DNA of 44,977 nucleotides from an uncultured delta proteobacterium (GTDB lineage Bacteria; Desulfobacterota; RBG-13-43-22): NCBI GenBank assembly GCA_963743305.1, contig CAVUPH010000001.1, positions 1 to 44,977 of the forward strand, read 5' to 3'. Shown piece by piece: positions 39,624 to 44,977 of this stretch (position 1 is its first letter; each line of letters starts with the position of its first letter). The notes under the pieces were generated by a model. It saw only the letters and a program-made list of their open reading frames with translations, ran no database searches and was not told where the DNA came from. The position numbers and the translations under genes were made by a program.

Positions 39624-41888
39624 TCATGGCTTTGAAACCAAGGGGATAAAGACCTTATGTGGGCTGACTACCAGTGAGTGCATCATGTCGTGCTCTTCGT
39701 GCTCCAGGATGTGGCAGTGCCACACATACTCGTGTCCGCCGGTTCGAGGGCTGGGAGGGGTGGGGATGACCTTTCCGGAAGCGGTGAGGATCTGCGGCAA
39801 ATCGAACTTCATGATGAGCCGGGTCACCGTGCCGGGGTACATGGGCACCGTCTCCTTCCAGCCCAGCTCGTTCGGGTCCGGCGGGATGACGTCTCCGCTT
39901 AATACATACGGATAACTGTTGGGGTTAAAAGGCTGCCGGTTGATGACCTGGAAGTTCACCAGGTGAATGTGCATGGGGTGGACGTCGCCGGTGGCGTTAT
40001 AGATTTCCCAGACTTCCACATCCCCGGCTTTGACGTTTTCCCGGGTCTCCTCTACCGGGGTGAGAGTGCCTGCCGGTGGAACGCCGTAATTCATGTAATA
40101 GGAAACTCCGTCTAAGGGCGAGCCGAAAGGCCTGGCCGCGTTGCCGATGATCTGGATAAGCCGGCCGTAATCGTCGGCATACTCATTCAGGGTCAGAAAT
40201 CGCGGTTGGAGTGGGGGCGGTGTGGTCAGGCCCCACGGGGTCAGCCAGGGATCGATTCCGGGCGTCAGGTCAGTGCTGGTATTGATATTGAGCGGCAAAT
40301 CGTCGACCCCCGACTTGGCAACCACCTTGAACCGCATCAGTACCCGTGTATTAGGCCCGAAACCCGGCTGGGTGGTGCCGTTGGTCGGATTATCCGCCGT
40401 ATTCATCCCCGGGAAGAAGTCGTAAACAGCATCTCCGCTGGGAAACGGGGCCGGGGCGTCGTTGTAGAGAATGATGTTCTTTCCGGCGTAGCCGCTGAAA
40501 TCAACGATCAGATCGGGCCGCTCCGCCGGCGCCACGATCAGCGACTTGCTGATTTTAGAGGGATCCAGAGACGGATTATCCCCGATCACAAAGGATGGAT
40601 CATTGATGAAGAACGGCACATTGCTCGGGATTTTCGCCGGTTTGGACAGAAACCCTCCTTCGGTGCCGATTTGCAGGAAGGAGGAATCCCCCGTGGCGCC
40701 GTTTATAAACGGCTGATTGTTCGGGAAATCCATGGCCCCCAGGGTTATCCCGTTGGCACTCCCGTCGTCTACGTAGAGCTGCAGGTTCAGGAAGCGGGCG
40801 TTGCAGGCGTTCAAAAGGCGCAGCCGATAGCGGCGGGCCTGAACAGTAGCCTCGGGAAAGACCGTACCGTTGACCAGCATGGTGTCCCCGAAGAACTCGG
40901 GGATGGCCGACGGTTCCGGAAGAGGCAGCCCTCCCGGTTCCAGAGACCAGCGGGTATCTTCGTAGGTATGGGCATACCAGAGGCTGCCGGCATTCTGGGT
41001 GACGCTTTGCAGGTTGATCTCGTTCCAGTGCGGGTCCGCGATACTCGGCCCGACGAAAACTTTGTCTTGAAATATCAGCGGGATCTCGTTCCCGCCGGCC
41101 TCGATGTAATTGGGCAGGCCCTGATTGACGAGGTTGGCTTCAAAACTATCGCGGATCAGAAGGCCGGAAGCCAGACCGGCGTAGGCGTTGATCCGGGTGA
41201 GACCGTAGGTGTGGTCGTGGTACCAGCCGAACCGGGCGCTCTGGTTCATGGGGTAGTAATAATCAGCCATGCCCTCCGGGTTTCCGGGGTTCAGGACCTG
41301 GTTGTTCAGGAAGCTCAGGCCGTGATTCCCGTCCGGATCGAACCAGTCGAAAGGGCCGCCATCGCTGATCCAGGGGACCAGCCCTCCGTGGAAGTGGATA
41401 GCGATGCGATTGATACCCTGATTCGCCCCCTGGATGGTCGCATCCACCGGGATGATATGTTTTTGTGCGGCAATCTGGTTATGGAAGGTGATCTGGATCG
41501 GCCGGCCCTTCTGGGCCACCATGATCCCGCCCAGGTGGGTCGGCGTAACGTTACCCCCTAAGCCGACGGCCGGGGAATAGCCCCACAAAGTGGTTGGGCC
41601 GAACCCGAACCCGTCCGGGATGATTTGGTCTTGAAACTGGACCGCCCGTATCAGGTAATGGGTCACACCCGTAACCGGCGCCGGCGCGGCATTGGGCAGC
41701 GCCACCGGAATTCCGCCCGGACCAACCCCGCGCAACGCCGTTTTAAACAGCGGGATGCCACTAAACCCGACCGTTACCGGGGTTTGATAGAAAGCAAGTG
41801 CTTGTTTGACCCCGAACTTCAAGGGCAGGGCCAAGCCAACCCCGGCTGCGATCCCCGTTTTTAAAAACTGTCTCCTGGTGAAATGCAT
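39624..41888 (-). CDS. Tat-exported three-domain multicopper oxidase (CotA/bilirubin-oxidase-like)
   Basis: TRRQFLK Tat motif; HFHGG, WYHDH, HPMHIHL, WHCHILEHEEHDMM; tail VFIPLVSKP. Confidence 0.93.
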   Translation of the reverse strand: MHFTRRQFLKTGIAAGVGLALPLKFGVKQALAFYQTPVTVGFSGIPLFKTALRGVGPGGIPVALPNAAPAPVTGVTHYLIRAVQFQDQIIPDGFGFGPTTLWGYSPAVGLGGNVTPTHLGGIMVAQKGRPIQITFHNQIAAQKHIIPVDATIQGANQGINRIAIHFHGGLVPWISDGGPFDWFDPDGNHGLSFLNNQVLNPGNPEGMADYYYPMNQSARFGWYHDHTYGLTRINAYAGLASGLLIRDSFEANLVNQGLPNYIEAGGNEIPLIFQDKVFVGPSIADPHWNEINLQSVTQNAGSLWYAHTYEDTRWSLEPGGLPLPEPSAIPEFFGDTMLVNGTVFPEATVQARRYRLRLLNACNARFLNLQLYVDDGSANGITLGAMDFPNNQPFINGATGDSSFLQIGTEGGFLSKPAKIPSNVPFFINDPSFVIGDNPSLDPSKISKSLIVAPAERPDLIVDFSGYAGKNIILYNDAPAPFPSGDAVYDFFPGMNTADNPTNGTTQPGFGPNTRVLMRFKVVAKSGVDDLPLNINTSTDLTPGIDPWLTPWGLTTPPPLQPRFLTLNEYADDYGRLIQIIGNAARPFGSPLDGVSYYMNYGVPPAGTLTPVEETRENVKAGDVEVWEIYNATGDVHPMHIHLVNFQVINRQPFNPNSYPYVLSGDVIPPDPNELGWKETVPMYPGTVTRLIMKFDLPQILTASGKVIPTPPSPRTGGHEYVWHCHILEHEEHDMMHSLVVSPHKVFIPLVSKP

Positions 41889-42160
41889 ACCCTCTCCTTT
41901 AACAAAACGTATATAAGCAATACTATGTATTTGGGGATTAGGAAGCTAGTAATTTTTATATGGACGTCCCCGTCTGGATCGTAACATTCTTCAATGGTAA
42001 TCGCTTTTTTGACCAGCTTTTTCGGCCTTCCTGATGGAGACCTCCAGGCCGCAAACAGGATCAATACTCAGCCCTCCGGTCATTCCGCTGACCGGGTCTC
42101 CCTATCTCGCTCGCTTCTTCATTTTCGGGGATAGCCCAAACGGCGATCTGGATATATTTC

Positions 42161-43036
42161 TTAATGCCCCTCCAGGGCCTCGGCAAATATCTTGATATCG
42201 GCATCTTTTATTACCTGTTTCAGAAACTCCCTGATTTTTTCTGTTCTAATCTCTTCCGTTGCCTTTTCCTTGACTTTATCCTTAATGCTCTCGAAAGGTG
42301 GGACCTTCTCCTCTCTTTTCTCTTCCACTTTGATGAGGTGATACCCGAAAGGGGTTTCTATGACTTCACTGACCTCGCCCGGTTTTAATTTAAAGGCGAC
42401 CTCATCAAAAGGTTTGACCATCTTTCCTTTTCCAAAGAATCCCAGATCACCTCCCCTGGCCTTGGAGCCGGGATCATCGGAAAATTCCGAGGCCAGTTTG
42501 GTAAAATCCTCCCCGCCCCTTATTTTTTTTAAAAGACCTTCCGCCCTTTCCCTGGCTTTATTTTTGTCGCCAACCGGGGCCGATTTATCCACTTTGATCA
42601 GGATATGTCGGGCCCTGACCTCTTCGGGAGTTTTGAACTGGGCTAGGTTTTTTTCGTAATAATCCTTGGCCTGACTTTCGGTGACGTTAATTTTGCTTAT
42701 AACCTCCTCCCTGATCAATTCATTAGCCAAAACGTTATCGACAGTCAGCTCCAGGATCGTCTGAATATCCTTTCTTTTGTCCAGTCCATTCTTTCTGGCG
42801 GCTTCCCCCAGGGCGATGGTTTGGGCGAGGTTGTTCAAGAGGGCGATTTCACTCTGCTTGTCCTTGGGACGCTCCCCTCCCTTTTTCTTGAGCACCTGTT
42901 CGAACTCGGCCTTGGTGATCACCTTTTGGCCGACCTTGGCCACAATGTCCTTTTCTTCCGCCCAGACAGAGGTCAGCCCAAATAGCACCAACCCGATTAC
43001 AATGGTCGCTTTTTGCACAATACGCTTCTTGAACAT
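42161..43036 (-). CDS. PpiC/parvulin-type peptidyl-prolyl isomerase (PrsA/SurA-like foldase)
   Basis: Signal peptide; VRARHILI, FSDDPGSKARGGDLGFF, ETPFGYHLIK. Confidence 0.92.
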   Translation of the reverse strand: MFKKRIVQKATIVIGLVLFGLTSVWAEEKDIVAKVGQKVITKAEFEQVLKKKGGERPKDKQSEIALLNNLAQTIALGEAARKNGLDKRKDIQTILELTVDNVLANELIREEVISKINVTESQAKDYYEKNLAQFKTPEEVRARHILIKVDKSAPVGDKNKARERAEGLLKKIRGGEDFTKLASEFSDDPGSKARGGDLGFFGKGKMVKPFDEVAFKLKPGEVSEVIETPFGYHLIKVEEKREEKVPPFESIKDKVKEKATEEIRTEKIREFLKQVIKDADIKIFAEALEGH

Positions 43037-43080
43037 CTCATCCCTCCTTTTATTTGAATCGGAAAGGTCATACAGTGCCA

Positions 43081-43266
43081 TCAGGACAGGCCTTCCTGCA
43101 AATGAAACCAGAATTCGTCTTCCTTCGGTGGCAGGGCGGCTAACGAATCAACCAACTCCCCGACCGGGGTTTCCCAGGTCTCTCTAAGCCTTTCCGCCCG
43201 GATTAGTAATTTTTCCTGCCGATCTCTCAGGTTTGAGGGAGGGTCTGCCTTTGTCCTTTTCTCCAT
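43081..43266 (-). CDS. small hypothetical protein
   Basis: AGGAG RBS before ATG; co-oriented between cusB and the PPIase gene. Confidence 0.4.
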   Translation of the reverse strand: MEKRTKADPPSNLRDRQEKLLIRAERLRETWETPVGELVDSLAALPPKEDEFWFHLQEGLS

Positions 43267-43308
43267 CTCCTGCCACCGTTGATACTCGTTTATCCCAATA
43301 GGGAAGAA

Positions 43309-44709
43309 TTATTTTTTCGACCCGGACGGGCCACCCGAAACTACAGACAGTTTTTCCTCATAGGCCGAGGGGATCTGGTCGAACCGGTCCCGGTTCTCGG
43401 CGGAAGCGAAGTAGTAGACCTTTTGCTGGTAGGTACTCTTAAGTCCGGCCTTCTCCGCCTTGCGGATGGAGACCGGCACCCCGGAAACCGGGTCCCTGGC
43501 CAGCGATCCGGTCACCCCGGCGGCGGCCTGTTCCATCCGGCTTTCGGAGTCGATCAGGAAGGTCCCGGAAGTGACGATCCTCTCCCCGGGAGAAAGCCCC
43601 TTGGTGATCTCCACCCGCTCTCCTAAGCGCCAGCCCGTTTCCACCTCCCGGGGCTCAAAATAGCCGTGGCCCCGGTCAACAAATACCGTTTTCCGGAGCC
43701 CCGTATCGAGCACCGCATCCGCGGGGACGGTTATGGCCGGAGGCATTTTAACCGGAAGCTCCACGTCCACGAACATATCCGGCCGCAGTGTGAAGCCCGG
43801 GTTGTCCGTCTCCAGGCGAAGCTTCAGCGTGCGGGTGGAAGGATCGAATTGGGGCAGCACGTTGCTTACCCGCGTTGGAAATGACTTACCCTGGTCCGGG
43901 AGGGATACCTTGACGTTCATCCCGGGTCGGAAGTGCCGCGCTTCCATTCCGTAAAGGTCGGCCAGAATCCAGACACTGCTCAGGTCCGCCAGCCGGTACC
44001 ACTCGGTACCCTTCTCGAATCGCTGACCGGGCGAGACGTTTCTGGCGATGATGAAGCCGGTCGCCGGGGCCACGATGTAAACCTTGTCCGTGATCTGCCT
44101 GGTGCTGGCCAGTTCTTTCATCTGCTGTTCGCTCATGCCCAGGCTTTCGAGCGCGTCGATATAGGTCTGGAGACTGACACTGGCCTGCTGGGACGGCGCG
44201 AGCGCTTGCCTTCCGCCTGCCTGAAAGCGGTCTTCCCCCGAACCAAGGATGGATAAGTAGGCCAGTTGAGCAGCCCGAAACAGGGGACTGTAGAAAGAGG
44301 CCAGCCGCTCATCCTTTTTCACCAGGGTCCCGGTGTCGTTGTTGTAGGTCTCCCTGATCCAGCCGTCGGTCCCCGCTACGAGACGGTAGACACGTTTTTC
44401 ATCGGGCGCTACCCGGCCCACGGTGCGAATGAAATGCTCCACCGAGGCTTTTTCCACAACTCCGGTCCTGACGCCGACCATCTGTTGTTTGTCCGGGGTA
44501 ACCCTAACCGTGCCGGAGGGCAGAGAAGAAGCATCCATATCAGTATCAGTGGAAGTGTCTTTGCCCATGCCGGTACCATCATTCAGTGGTTGTGGTTTTA
44601 GGCCGGACGCCTTACTCCTTACGGCTTGTTGGTCTTTGTACCAGGAGCCGGCGAGAAATGCTCCTGCAAGCAGGGCGAGAAAAAGGATGGCGGCTAATAG
44701 ATACTTCAT
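43309..44709 (-). CDS. cusB: second CusB-like RND adaptor with YHS-like C-terminus (intact)
   Basis: KQQMVGVRT, WYRLADLSSVW, LRPDMFVDVE, FLIDSES, RDPVSG. Confidence 0.9.
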   Translation of the reverse strand: MKYLLAAILFLALLAGAFLAGSWYKDQQAVRSKASGLKPQPLNDGTGMGKDTSTDTDMDASSLPSGTVRVTPDKQQMVGVRTGVVEKASVEHFIRTVGRVAPDEKRVYRLVAGTDGWIRETYNNDTGTLVKKDERLASFYSPLFRAAQLAYLSILGSGEDRFQAGGRQALAPSQQASVSLQTYIDALESLGMSEQQMKELASTRQITDKVYIVAPATGFIIARNVSPGQRFEKGTEWYRLADLSSVWILADLYGMEARHFRPGMNVKVSLPDQGKSFPTRVSNVLPQFDPSTRTLKLRLETDNPGFTLRPDMFVDVELPVKMPPAITVPADAVLDTGLRKTVFVDRGHGYFEPREVETGWRLGERVEITKGLSPGERIVTSGTFLIDSESRMEQAAAGVTGSLARDPVSGVPVSIRKAEKAGLKSTYQQKVYYFASAENRDRFDQIPSAYEEKLSVVSGGPSGSKK

Positions 44710-44727
44710 ATCACTTTCCTAACTAAA

Positions 44728-44977
44728 CCCCCATGGCCCTAGGGCGGGCAACCCGAAGAATGAAAATTCAACCGTCAGATATCCCAACTTGTCATCCTGG
44801 GCCCTTCGCCTATTGTCATCCTGAGTGCATTCGCTTCGCCCAGCATGAACTCCGCGAAGGATTTTGTCTTTCGAGCCTAAACCTTGCCAAGGGGATTCTT
44901 CAGTCGCTTCGCTCCTTCAGAATGACAGTTGCCGGTTATCTTCGTATTAACCCCCCATGCCCCAGGGGGCACCCGCG
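44728..44977. repeat. composite intergenic repeat with GTCATCCTG REP (44790-44927) and a second CCCCATG copy at the window end
   Basis: CCCCCATGGCCC..GGCGGGCA..CGAAG.ATGAAAAT and TTATCTTCGTATTAA match 13025-13064 and 13211-13225. Confidence 0.7.

Overview
GC-rich bacterial accessory region. Gene content and style suggest Desulfobacterota/'Deltaproteobacteria' (inference). It contains five toxin-antitoxin modules (HigBA, MNT-HEPN, two VapBC-type, MazEF-type), gene remnants (5'-nucleotidase, histidine kinase, Mo-oxidoreductase), an M24 peptidase, a VOC/epimerase, a yybP-ykoY riboswitch upstream of a P-type ATPase, a radical SAM gene and a fimT-pilV-pilW-pilX minor-pilin cluster. Further along are a CSLREA/IPT surface protein, a GAF-PAS two-component system, an IS200-type element, an ABC operon, a duplicated beta-propeller protein and a copper island (FixH-like, CusA, two CusB, two multicopper oxidases, PpiC foldase). 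Many genes carry single-base frameshifts, probably partly long-read indel errors. Two signals stand out. (1) Four copies of a hairpin-armed element with (CGTGTACGAGTA)n inverted arms enclose a four-helix-bundle gene or differently deleted remnants of it. All sit at gene junctions, co-oriented with host transcription. (2) Four unrelated exported-type proteins share a C-terminal [YFA][LI]P[IL][IV] tail, a candidate sorting signal. All alignments were made by eye.
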